Origin: a virus
Length of the DNA stretch: 64,000 nucleotides
Reading direction: 5' to 3' (one strand)
Virus record (IMG/VR): IMGVR_UViG_3300030451_003374
Span: 68,947-132,946 of that record
The notes beneath the pieces were generated by a model. It saw nothing but the letters and a program-made list of their open reading frames with translations. It ran no database searches and was not told where the DNA came from. Below are positions 1 to 9,326 of the stretch, piece after piece (the first letter of the stretch is position 1; each line of letters opens with the position of its first letter). The translations under genes were made by a program, and so were the position numbers.

Positions 1-482
1 GCATGATGACGAGTAATAAGGTAGCAAGCAGCAGAAAAGTCATTGATAAATCTGTGGTGAAGTTTCAAGGTTATCCCATTAGGATTTATAATAGTAAGTT
101 GCAAACAATCAAAGTTTATTGGCAGTCTCTTACGTACTTCTTTCCATGTGAACGTCCAACTAGATGCAGTAGATAAATCTACATCATCTTCCATGATGAA
201 AACCTCATCTAAATCTGTCTCTTCTACAAAATATTTGAGGGCACTCAAGTGTGACATGACACAAGCACACTCACCTGTATTCATCTGATCAGGAACTGTT
301 CCTTTTAGGTGCTCTTCAAACTCCTCACCATCTATACCTGAGATACGATGATGATCTTTTATTCCCCAATAGGATAGATGATCTTCCATATACTTCCTTC
401 TCTCTGTGCAGCGATCAAGATTGATCCACAACACATTAGGAAAACCATCTAGTTTTTTTATCGCTTTATTTTTGTCGGGCAT
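1..482 (-). CDS. Glycosyltransferase family 25 (LPS biosynthesis type), 3' end runs off the window
   Basis: Not in the ORF track; hand translation from ATG 482: MPDKNKAIKKLDGFPNVLWINLDRCTERRKYM...ISGIDG...GECACVMSHLSALKYF...FIMEDDV. The INLDR...RR, G.DG, GC..SH and EDD motifs are typical of GT25. Confidence 0.8.
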   Translation of the reverse strand, partial: MPDKNKAIKKLDGFPNVLWINLDRCTERRKYMEDHLSYWGIKDHHRISGIDGEEFEEHLKGTVPDQMNTGECACVMSHLSALKYFVEETDLDEVFIMEDDVDLSTASSWTFTWKEVRKRLPINFDCLQLTIINPNGITLKLHHRFINDFSAACYLITRHH

Positions 483-1374
483 TTAAGTACTCAGGGTTAG
501 CATAATATTCTTCAAGTTGTTTGCGAGTCATCTTGCTCAACTTCTGCCACAGTTCCCTGTTACTTTCTATGTGTGGGTTATTGAACCATGAATTAGGTGT
601 CCTACCATGCTCCATGTGGAACACGTGATCATTCAATCTCAATACCTTAGAACAAGTATTGAATCTATGATAGCGTTCGTCATCTTCATAACCATATGCT
701 ACAAACCCTTCGTTCTCTGCACCTAGTCTACGGTATTCTTTTGTGTCAAAGAATTGACAGAAACCAAACTTGGCATCATATAAGTTTGCTTTTCCTTGGA
801 ACGCTCCGAAATTGAAATTAGAATTAATGAAACGAGTAACATCTTCATCCTTGATAAACAACTGGTATTGGAACTCACCTATTCCATAAGGGTATACACA
901 TTTTATATCTTCACCATTGTAACCTTTGAGTATAGTATTCTGTGCGAGTATGTAACTGTTTAGTGGGAGGATTATATCTGCGTCGTAGTTGCATACAACT
1001 GGTGTCTCTACCAACTCCAACATATCATTGAGTAGTTTGGTGCGATGAAATATTACATCATCTGCCTCCTCAAATATGTGATGTATATTATGCATCTTGA
1101 TAGGAGGTACTACCTCATCAAGCATAGGAACAACTTGCTTTAGGAATACAGATTCCTTATCATGTTCTTTTACTATTATTTGAGTGTCAAAATTCTTTAG
1201 AAGATATACCAATGTGGTAGTTATATTTCTAATTCTATCTGCTGTCTCACACCTAAGAGGTATGATAAATGTAGTGCTTGTTAGATCCCACGAATTTATA
1301 GGTTGAATTTGTAGGTCTTCGTACATACCAAGATCAGGAATCTCTACTCCCTCTTGTACGATTTTATCTGCCAT
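466..1374 (-). CDS. Glycosyltransferase, GT2-like fold with GT7 C-terminal motif
   Basis: NYDADII DxD motif; GAENEGFVAYGYEDDE resembles the GT7 GWGGEDD motif. Confidence 0.7.
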   Translation of the reverse strand: MADKIVQEGVEIPDLGMYEDLQIQPINSWDLTSTTFIIPLRCETADRIRNITTTLVYLLKNFDTQIIVKEHDKESVFLKQVVPMLDEVVPPIKMHNIHHIFEEADDVIFHRTKLLNDMLELVETPVVCNYDADIILPLNSYILAQNTILKGYNGEDIKCVYPYGIGEFQYQLFIKDEDVTRFINSNFNFGAFQGKANLYDAKFGFCQFFDTKEYRRLGAENEGFVAYGYEDDERYHRFNTCSKVLRLNDHVFHMEHGRTPNSWFNNPHIESNRELWQKLSKMTRKQLEEYYANPEYLNARQK

Positions 1375-2162
1375 TACTTTAATACCTCCCAGTTGCTACA
1401 GTATAGATCAGATGTTATATGATTCTTAGTATACCCTACTCCGAACCATTTGTCAGGTGCTATTATCCTTTTGTTAGGATTCTTACTCAACCATGACCCC
1501 CACCAACTGAATGATGAGTTAGCGATAATGAAATCAGAACACAGACTCATCATGCACAAGTCTGCAAGATTGTCTCCACCTTCTGAGATAAGGAACCTAT
1601 CATCAGGGAACTCAGTGCCACACCATTCAGGATCGTCAGAAAAAATAATAACATTACGTTTAGCATCAAACTTTGATAGGGCAGCGTCATAGTATTCCTT
1701 TGGACATGGTGGATGATTATCACAGTTCTGTATATAGTCACCTCTACGAACGTGTAATGCAATAGGATCATTCACTGTTGCAATCATATCTTCACATGGT
1801 TCTCTGATCTCATTCTTGAACTCAAAGTCCTCACGTATTTCATCTTCTATATGATCAAAGTATTTTGTACTCTGTAAGTATGCATATACATTATGATTGT
1901 CAGGCATATTGTTGAACAAGTTTGCATCATAATGGAAGTGTGCTTCTCCTACGTAGGTGCCAGGACACGTTCCTATGTTAGTCAAACCTTTTAGTTTGAA
2001 TGCCTCAAAGAGTTGATGGTCTGTCCACTCATCTTTGAAGTCACTATCAGGAATCATAAAATCAAAACCACGATGTGCTGCTATGCCTCGTAGTCCTGCA
2101 TACTGGAACATTTGATTACCCAGTCTGCCATGTCTTCCTAAGTGGTTGAATCCTATTGTCAT
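1374..2162 (-). CDS. GT11 alpha-1,2-fucosyltransferase-like
   Basis: GRLGNQMFQYA, HVRRGDY, FSDDPEW and IIANSSFSWWGSWL are the GT11 motifs. Confidence 0.9.
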   Translation of the reverse strand: MTIGFNHLGRHGRLGNQMFQYAGLRGIAAHRGFDFMIPDSDFKDEWTDHQLFEAFKLKGLTNIGTCPGTYVGEAHFHYDANLFNNMPDNHNVYAYLQSTKYFDHIEDEIREDFEFKNEIREPCEDMIATVNDPIALHVRRGDYIQNCDNHPPCPKEYYDAALSKFDAKRNVIIFSDDPEWCGTEFPDDRFLISEGGDNLADLCMMSLCSDFIIANSSFSWWGSWLSKNPNKRIIAPDKWFGVGYTKNHITSDLYCSNWEVLK

Positions 2163-2395
2163 GATTTAATTTTGTAAGGCATTTCTTCCCATATCAACCA
2201 ATCTTTTGGTTTAGGTGCTAACAAATAACAATCCTTATCACTTGTCACATATGCTTCAATGAGTGCTTGTACCTCTACAGTAAGTCGATCATTACTAGCT
2301 GATACTCTATGATTACTATGACCAAGATAGACAAGTCCACCTGTCAACATAGCAGTAGCAAAGTAACCTATGGTTACAGCATAATTTAGTTTCAT
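2159..2395 (-). CDS. Hypothetical protein with N-terminal hydrophobic segment
   Basis: ORF fills the gap with 4-nt overlaps on both sides. Confidence 0.6.
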   Translation of the reverse strand: MKLNYAVTIGYFATAMLTGGLVYLGHSNHRVSASNDRLTVEVQALIEAYVTSDKDCYLLAPKPKDWLIWEEMPYKIKS

Positions 2396-3078
2396 GATGA
2401 ATGTTTTTCTTTCAAGTATTCAATCTCCTTTGGTAAGAGATCTTCGTATTGTCTTTGTGTTTGATTGGGGTGTTCTCTATTAGAGATGTGATAAGTTTTT
2501 ATCACTGCTGGTTGTCCATGATCTCTGTACAATCTATAGTACATGTCACAGTCCATCAGCATAACAAGTTCCTCATCAAAATACTCCTCAATACCTTTTC
2601 TCAGTGCGAGAATAGATGGTGAACTAAGAGTATTTACCCCTTCTAATAAACGGTCATTCCAAACAGGCACCTTTGGATTGTAGTGTGTCTGTCCATTATC
2701 TAGGGTGTGAGCAAACCCCGTAACCGCCCAGTCGACATCCAATTTGAATGCCTTATGTAAATCTTCTGTGAGGGTTCTGGTTAGTATGAAATCATCAGAG
2801 AAGAGAACCTTTAGTATGTCACCATCTGCGTTGCGAAGAGCATGATTAGTGTTAGCAGAAATGTTCCCATGATTAGTCTTATTTCTAACATAGTTTATAT
2901 GAAATAGATCTGAGTATTCTTTACAAGCATTGAGAACTTTGTCTGTCTTTCCATGATCGGAAATCCACACGTTGAAGTCCTTATCAGTTTGTTCGGACAG
3001 AGCATAGAAAATATCAAACAAGTAGGATTGACATTTTGGATTGCTATCATGGGTCGGTATACAATAACTGACCGTCAT
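2392..3078 (-). CDS. GT2 glycosyltransferase
   Basis: N-terminal VSYCIPTH, ISDH, LFSDDF DxD-like motif, MDCD. Confidence 0.8.
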   Translation of the reverse strand: MTVSYCIPTHDSNPKCQSYLFDIFYALSEQTDKDFNVWISDHGKTDKVLNACKEYSDLFHINYVRNKTNHGNISANTNHALRNADGDILKVLFSDDFILTRTLTEDLHKAFKLDVDWAVTGFAHTLDNGQTHYNPKVPVWNDRLLEGVNTLSSPSILALRKGIEEYFDEELVMLMDCDMYYRLYRDHGQPAVIKTYHISNREHPNQTQRQYEDLLPKEIEYLKEKHSS

Positions 3079-3863
3079 CCATTTACCTCTTTGACTATCC
3101 TATCAGTGAGTCTAGGTACGACATCATTGTCGCTATGAAATTTCTTTGCTCTCTGATAGTTATCTTCGATAGCATCTAATCTGACATCATATTTGTTAGC
3201 ATCAAGACTTGATAATATATTCTCTAGTTCATCTATTGTATTGAATGTTATTATACCATCCATGTTGAACCACTCATTGATGTTAGGACATCCATAGTAT
3301 ATTGGTACAGTCTTAGATGCAAAACAATCTATTACTTTTTCTGTGAAGTAGTTCTTCTGTCTGGAATTTTCAACAGCGATGTGGAACTTAGCAGACTCAA
3401 AGAAGTCATTCCTTCTGTCATGGAATGGTGGTGACTTATGTGCATAGTATTGTAGACCATTAGACACATCAATACTCTTGAGTAACTCGTATATATCCAG
3501 ACGTAACTTGTGTCCTAGTGTCTGATACTTCTCACTGGTAACAAAGGTGACATTATTACCCTTGTTTAGTTTCAAATCTTTGAAGTCTAACCAACTACTA
3601 CCCCACTCAAATAGTTCTGCCTGTGGATAGTGGTCTAATATCTTCTGTGTAAATGTGTATATCTTATCGAACTTCATTGCACCACGAAGTGCTCCCTCTG
3701 TAACAGTAGGAAGAATAGAATATGGTTCTGCTAAAAATAATATCTTATAGTCTGCTCTCTCATCACAATCTAAATTATCGATTGAGATACTTACATTCTT
3801 TTTGAAGTCAAGTCCTTTGTCACCCCACGGATTCCACCATAGTGGATAGAATTTTGTAGTCAT
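3075..3863 (-). CDS. GT10 fucosyltransferase-like
   Basis: KFHIAVENS...YFTEKVIDCF...VPIYYG matches the GT10 fucosyltransferase motif. Confidence 0.8.
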   Translation of the reverse strand: MTTKFYPLWWNPWGDKGLDFKKNVSISIDNLDCDERADYKILFLAEPYSILPTVTEGALRGAMKFDKIYTFTQKILDHYPQAELFEWGSSWLDFKDLKLNKGNNVTFVTSEKYQTLGHKLRLDIYELLKSIDVSNGLQYYAHKSPPFHDRRNDFFESAKFHIAVENSRQKNYFTEKVIDCFASKTVPIYYGCPNINEWFNMDGIITFNTIDELENILSSLDANKYDVRLDAIEDNYQRAKKFHSDNDVVPRLTDRIVKEVNG

Positions 3864-4525
3864 CGTATTTCTTGAAAATGATAATGGAAACCAAAGGTTT
3901 CTTGTTCACTGTCTGGTAGCATCTCTTCTCTAGAGAACTTACTCGCCACCTCGACGGGAGCATACACACATCCCTGTCCCTCGAAGATGTGCCTGTTGTG
4001 TACGCATATGTTCCCGTCCTCGTTATATAGTCCGGCATTCATGTGCTTATAAAAAGTACCCTCGTTTACTTCCCAAGGGACGGTGACTTTTGTGGGGACG
4101 TCGAGTAGACGCTTGGAGCGTAAGGAAAATCCTCCATTCCCGACACGTTGGTTCCTTCCCCACGGGTCAAGGTACGCTGTTGGGTCATCTCTCCACGGTG
4201 CACCAATGTAGTCATACTCAAGAAATTTATTATCCCAAAGATGAGGACGAATAACGTAGCCGTCCGGATGTATGAGAAGGCAATGCGAGGTCCTGACGTG
4301 ATTAGTAAGATTGTAAATACAATAAAAATTAAAGTCATTGATACTTTCTATGGGATAGGTTTCTTCATACTCAACCTGATCACATAGTCCTTCTGGTTTT
4401 TTGCTACCTAAAAACTTTGCTCGACCCCATTGAATCTTTTCGCATGATTTATTTATTGCGTACACTGCATCTGGAAGGTCTAAATCTGCCAGTATTATCA
4501 GTGTGACATCAGGTATTTTTAGCAC
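3860..4525 (-). CDS. DUF5672-like putative glycosyltransferase
   Basis: YDYIGAPW, VGNGGFSLRSK, NED and FGFH motifs; GTG start. Confidence 0.7.
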   Translation of the reverse strand: MLKIPDVTLIILADLDLPDAVYAINKSCEKIQWGRAKFLGSKKPEGLCDQVEYEETYPIESINDFNFYCIYNLTNHVRTSHCLLIHPDGYVIRPHLWDNKFLEYDYIGAPWRDDPTAYLDPWGRNQRVGNGGFSLRSKRLLDVPTKVTVPWEVNEGTFYKHMNAGLYNEDGNICVHNRHIFEGQGCVYAPVEVASKFSREEMLPDSEQETFGFHYHFQEIR

Positions 4526-5426
4526 GGTTTACCGCCCTATTGAATATACTGTGTAAGTGTAGCATATTTACGTCAAGATTTCTAGCTCTTACAAACAGAT
4601 CATCATGCTCTGCTAACATTGTTTTCGTTATCGTACCATAATCATTTACCCATAACACAGGATAGTTATCGTATAACCTCTCTAGGTATGGGTTTCTTTT
4701 CATGATAGGAACTCGTTTCATATACAAAACCTCCCAGTTCCTATGGCAATCCACAGCATTTCCTTCAGGACATATCATAAACTTATGATCCTGAATGTCT
4801 TTTAGATAGTATCTGTATTCCTTTCTTTCTCCGACAGTTGCAAATGACTTGTTGGAAAACATATCCCTGATGTTTCCTCTAACCGATAGGTTGGTATGCT
4901 CAGAGTGATTAATGTAGAGAAGTTTTCTAGGTTTGGGATCGTCTCCCATCGCATGGATGAGAACATCTTGTCTATTATCGTGGACATGTAACCTCCTTCC
5001 CACTCCGTAAGGAAATGGATGTAGTTTTTCGTGAGTCCCTATCGCATTAGCACCATAGACCCCCAATACGTTAGGAGGTATATGAATATCACTGTTGATA
5101 GGAGTATCTTCATTGTTACAAAAGACTATAAATTTTTTGTCTAGTGAAGCACATAACTTCATTAGATCGTTTTTAGACTGTAGACCATCTACCCAACGCT
5201 GATCAGCATCGTTGTTGCATTTGATCTGTCTATTATATAATCTAATATTATCTATGAATAGAGTCAAGACATCCTTATCACTTTGGTTTACAAATGTAAT
5301 AAACTCTATGTTGTCAGTATTAGCATCCTTCATGAATGCATTCAACACCTGACCTACCACTCCTGCCTGATCACCAAAGTCATAGTCACAGTGGTCTGCT
5401 ATTGCAGGTCCTGATATAACATTCAT
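4509..5426 (-). CDS. Exostosin/GT47-like glycosyltransferase
   Basis: KFMICPEGNAVDCHRNWEVLYMKRVPI resembles the exostosin SPxG.G.D.HR.WEAL..G.IPV motif. Confidence 0.65.
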   Translation of the reverse strand: MNVISGPAIADHCDYDFGDQAGVVGQVLNAFMKDANTDNIEFITFVNQSDKDVLTLFIDNIRLYNRQIKCNNDADQRWVDGLQSKNDLMKLCASLDKKFIVFCNNEDTPINSDIHIPPNVLGVYGANAIGTHEKLHPFPYGVGRRLHVHDNRQDVLIHAMGDDPKPRKLLYINHSEHTNLSVRGNIRDMFSNKSFATVGERKEYRYYLKDIQDHKFMICPEGNAVDCHRNWEVLYMKRVPIMKRNPYLERLYDNYPVLWVNDYGTITKTMLAEHDDLFVRARNLDVNMLHLHSIFNRAVNRAKNT

Positions 5427-6271
5427 AATGTCTTTATAAACTTCTTCATCTTACGATTCTTCTGTGCTCTTACATAAGCAGGGAATGACTCGTCTATTGG
5501 TACAGTTGTGGGAGTATACAAATAACTTCTACCATAAGGATCTTGATTATTTTTTATCCTATCCTCCATACTATCTCTGAACTCTGCTTTATTATTCTCC
5601 TGATGCTCGTATGCATCCATCTTCTCCCTAACAGTATCAGCATCACCAAAGAAACTCCAGTGCCATGATGCATCAGCAATCTTGTATGCTAATTCATGTG
5701 ACTGTCTTAGTTTATCTACACTCATACTCTTCAGTGTTTTCATATCACATACTCTTGTTCCCATCCACTGATCCTCACACTTCACATTGAGGTAGTAGTA
5801 ATATAAAGGACCTGTCAATACATAATGATTCTTTGGATCAAACCAACTTTCTATACACTGTATCGCTTCTGGGTTTGCAATCTCATCTGCATCACTTGTT
5901 AGTATGATGTCATTGTCCTCTGCTATATCAAGGAACCCATAGATTGCTGAGTCCTTATGGAAGCATGCTCTCTGATAATGTATTGGTAAATCTTTTATAC
6001 CTTCTTCTATCATACTACGATGGTAAGGGACACCCTCATAGTATTGCTCGTATGTTTTATTGTCGTCCTCTGTCAGATGATATATTATCTTATCGTCCCA
6101 CTTCTTGAATCTCTTTCTATTCTCTGCAAAGTATAGGGGTTTTGGTTTACCTGTGAAGGTTATGTTTGCCTCATTGATAACAAAATAATCTACTGAGTTA
6201 CCTAAGATATTCATTCTTAGTTCTAATAGATCTAGTTCATTATAAAAAGTAAAGACGTCAAAAATTTTCAT
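5423..6271 (-). CDS. GT17 beta-1,4-N-acetylglucosaminyltransferase (MGAT3-like)
   Basis: DVFTFYNELDLLELR, FTGKPKPLYF, SDADEI and WHWSFFG motifs. Confidence 0.85.
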   Translation of the reverse strand: MKIFDVFTFYNELDLLELRMNILGNSVDYFVINEANITFTGKPKPLYFAENRKRFKKWDDKIIYHLTEDDNKTYEQYYEGVPYHRSMIEEGIKDLPIHYQRACFHKDSAIYGFLDIAEDNDIILTSDADEIANPEAIQCIESWFDPKNHYVLTGPLYYYYLNVKCEDQWMGTRVCDMKTLKSMSVDKLRQSHELAYKIADASWHWSFFGDADTVREKMDAYEHQENNKAEFRDSMEDRIKNNQDPYGRSYLYTPTTVPIDESFPAYVRAQKNRKMKKFIKTL

Positions 6272-6810
6272 GGGTAATAATTTATATTGAGGGTGAATCT
6301 AGTGGTCTTAGATGGTGAAGAACTTGAGTGGTACTGTGACCCATCAAAGACTACAACCTTCCCTCTTTCAGGTGTTTCTCTATGTATAACCTTTTGATCA
6401 GAGTCGAAAAAGAATGTGTCACCGTCTGCTTTATTAGGATAATATAGTGCCACAATATGTTTTCTATCAGGTTGATCTATATGTGAGTTATGTGCTACAC
6501 CAAAGACATCAGGTCTAGGATATTGTAATGTCATGTGTGCTCTCATCATTATATTATTAGGCATACCTATTGCTTGACCAATTGGAATCCATGGGAACTT
6601 ACGGAAGTGTTCTGACTTCTCTCCTTCTTCGTTCAATAATGTGTGACTGAAGTAAGGATGCATGTCAGTCTTTAGATCATGCTCAAAATTACCATAAGCA
6701 CAATCATCAAAGTAAAAGTATGGCAACTTCTTACACAGATTCTCTATGAGTTTCTGATGTGTAAGTTTAAGTTTGTGCCTTGTAATCGAAAAGGAATTGT
6801 CGTTGCTCAT
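6268..6810 (-). CDS. 2OG-Fe(II) oxygenase superfamily protein
   Basis: HxD (HID), GDTFFF, distal H (YHSSS) and R (RFTLNINY). Confidence 0.75.
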   Translation of the reverse strand: MSNDNSFSITRHKLKLTHQKLIENLCKKLPYFYFDDCAYGNFEHDLKTDMHPYFSHTLLNEEGEKSEHFRKFPWIPIGQAIGMPNNIMMRAHMTLQYPRPDVFGVAHNSHIDQPDRKHIVALYYPNKADGDTFFFDSDQKVIHRETPERGKVVVFDGSQYHSSSSPSKTTRFTLNINYYP

Positions 6811-7543
6811 CAGAGTTAGTCCATTCTCCTATACCTATGTAATCAGGTAGTTCCATAAGGTTGATCCTGACATCAGTATTATAGAACATCTTATAATTTA
6901 GGTGCTCTGTAATATGGAGGTCAGTACAATATAATTCTTCTATCTTTTTGCTACACAATGCAGCAGCAGTACCAAATGTTCCTACACCTGATGTTGCTAC
7001 ATGTTTTGCATTGATTAGTGTGGCAAAGTCTTGTTCCACACTCTTAGATTGTATAGTTACCTTTGGATTCTTTCTTAGTTCTTCTATGATAGGATTATAG
7101 TTATCAGGTTCTGTTACTACTATTGCCTTCTCAAAGGCTTCAAGCAAAGTAAAGTAAAAAACGTAGGGATTAGGAACATATTGATCAGGGTTAGTGACGT
7201 TCTTGTCAAAAACATCTCCACTGCGAATATGGATGACAAGAGTGTCATCAGGAACATCAACACTGGGGAGTGCCAACTGAGGGTATATAAACTCCTTACA
7301 AAACGCTCGTATCTGAGTGTATACCAACGAAGAATCAATCGTAACTTCTTTGTACGGTCCTTGATAATAGAAAAATTTGGACTGATGGTCACTACGACCA
7401 TCCCCAAATTTAACCGAAAATTGTTTGATGACATCATGTGGAATAGATTCAAATGTGGTCTTGTATGCTTGTGCCATCATCAAACCAACAGCACATTGTT
7501 GTATGTTATTACCTAGTCTGCCATACCAATGAGAAATTTTCAT
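6767..7543 (-). CDS. Second, divergent GT11-like glycosyltransferase
   Basis: WYGRLGNNIQQ and HIRSGD; start moved to ATG 7543 (ATGA overlap with the upstream stop). Confidence 0.7.
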   Translation of the reverse strand: MKISHWYGRLGNNIQQCAVGLMMAQAYKTTFESIPHDVIKQFSVKFGDGRSDHQSKFFYYQGPYKEVTIDSSLVYTQIRAFCKEFIYPQLALPSVDVPDDTLVIHIRSGDVFDKNVTNPDQYVPNPYVFYFTLLEAFEKAIVVTEPDNYNPIIEELRKNPKVTIQSKSVEQDFATLINAKHVATSGVGTFGTAAALCSKKIEELYCTDLHITEHLNYKMFYNTDVRINLMELPDYIGIGEWTNSDEQRQFLFDYKAQT

Positions 7544-8196
7544 ATGAAAATGTTTCTTGCTTCGGAACCCATACATTCAAATGGTTTCCATGTCTCCTCT
7601 TTGACTACGTATGGATCAACCCACCAGTCTTCGTATGGATTTGATCCGTTACATACACTAGAACATACTAACACATATCCTTTCTCTGTCAAGTATTTTC
7701 TTGACGCATCCATGATACCAAAACCATCTTTGTATGCATCATGTTCAAAGGTTATAACACTACATCTGTACTCATCTAGTGGAAACTTTTTCAGCACATC
7801 AAATGTTATGTTAGGTGGTTCACAGTCAAGAGAAAGGTAGTCTATTCTACCTTGCCACTTCTCTTTCTTGATTGCTTCCTCGTAATCAAACACTGTACCA
7901 TCTGCTTCATAGCAATGGTTCTGTCTTGCCATGTCTCCATTGAAGACTTCACACATTGCTCTCTCTATTTCAATAGAGAATCCTCTCCATTCAAATACAG
8001 TCTCTAATAAGAATGTGTTACTCATACTTTGAGGATGGTTTGCACCAACCTCAACGTACTTACCATTCCTCTTACCCTTCAGCATAGACAGAACAAACAA
8101 GTCCTGATATGCTTGAGAGTAATTTTCAAATACTTTAGTGTGTCCACTGAAAGGATGCTTTAGTGTATCCTTTTCATAATTATAGGTTGTATTCAT
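7540..8196 (-). CDS. FkbM-family SAM-dependent methyltransferase-like
   Basis: YVEVGANHP...SNT, IDYLSLDCEP and ITFEH motifs. Confidence 0.75.
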   Translation of the reverse strand: MNTTYNYEKDTLKHPFSGHTKVFENYSQAYQDLFVLSMLKGKRNGKYVEVGANHPQSMSNTFLLETVFEWRGFSIEIERAMCEVFNGDMARQNHCYEADGTVFDYEEAIKKEKWQGRIDYLSLDCEPPNITFDVLKKFPLDEYRCSVITFEHDAYKDGFGIMDASRKYLTEKGYVLVCSSVCNGSNPYEDWWVDPYVVKEETWKPFECMGSEARNIFI

Positions 8197-9326
8197 TTGC
8201 TACAGTTACCATAAGACAGATACTTCTTACCAGTTATATCATGCTCTGCATCAACAGGGTACATGTCCTTAGTAATCTGTGACATGATCCAGTTGTATGT
8301 CTTACTCATTCCCTCTTCAAGTGTTGTACTATAATCCCAACCTAACTTCTCTCTGATAAGATCGTTGTTAGAGTTTCTACCTCTTACACCTGTGTGTGGT
8401 ACATCAATATGATCCTTACCAATTTCTTTCTTGGCAACTTTAGCAGCAGTATCTACTAACTGATCAATGGTTACCATCTCTTCTGACCCTATGTTTATGG
8501 GAGCAGTCCACGTTCCTTCCATGAGTCTACGTGTTGCTTCAATACATTCATCGATGAAGAGGAAGCTTCTTGTTTGAAGTCCATCTCCCCATACTTCAAT
8601 TGAGTCTCCACTGGTAGCGTACGCCACTTTTCTACAGATAGCTGCGGGAGCTTTTTCTCTTCCACCGTACCAAGTTCCTTCTGGTCCGTAGATGTTATGA
8701 TACCTCGCAATCCTAACATCGAAATTATGATTACGACTGTAAGCGAGATATAACCTCTCGCTGAATAATTTTTCCCATCCATATTCAGAATCAGGTGCAG
8801 CAGGGTAAGCGGAATCCTCACGACAATCAGGATTATCTGGATCAAGTTGGTTGTACTCAGGGTACATACAGGCAGAACTTGAATAGAATATTTTAGTTTT
8901 ACCCACTACGTCAGGTACAGGTTGTAATAGACGTGGGTAACTTTCGTTCATCTCCTTTTGACATGATAGGAGATTTATGTTAATAAGAGCAGAGTTATGC
9001 ATCAAGTCAGCATCATGCTCACCAGTAAAGATGTAACCAGCACCACCCATGTCGGCAGCAAACTGATAGATCTCATCGAATGGTTCCTCATACTGGAAGG
9101 GGACACTAGCATAGAAATTTCCAGTCTCTCCTCTAAAATGAATGACTCTTCTCATGAAGTCTCTGTCTGTGAGATCTCCTGTGATAAACTCATTGGCAGC
9201 AGTATCAGAGAAGTCAGGGTGTTTGAGGTCAACACCTCTTACCCAATAACCTTCGCTTATCAATCTCTTTACCATATGTGAACCGATGAACCCACCGGCA
9301 CCAAGCACTAATGCTCTCTTTTTCAT
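8193..9326 (-). CDS. GDP-mannose 3,5-epimerase-like NAD-dependent epimerase
   Basis: GAGGFIG, AADMGGAGYI, SSSACMYPE, YGWEK, REKAPAAICRK, WGDGLQTRSF, GVRGRNS; start moved to ATG 9326 (ATGA coupling). Confidence 0.85.
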   Translation of the reverse strand: MKKRALVLGAGGFIGSHMVKRLISEGYWVRGVDLKHPDFSDTAANEFITGDLTDRDFMRRVIHFRGETGNFYASVPFQYEEPFDEIYQFAADMGGAGYIFTGEHDADLMHNSALININLLSCQKEMNESYPRLLQPVPDVVGKTKIFYSSSACMYPEYNQLDPDNPDCREDSAYPAAPDSEYGWEKLFSERLYLAYSRNHNFDVRIARYHNIYGPEGTWYGGREKAPAAICRKVAYATSGDSIEVWGDGLQTRSFLFIDECIEATRRLMEGTWTAPINIGSEEMVTIDQLVDTAAKVAKKEIGKDHIDVPHTGVRGRNSNNDLIREKLGWDYSTTLEEGMSKTYNWIMSQITKDMYPVDAEHDITGKKYLSYGNCSK

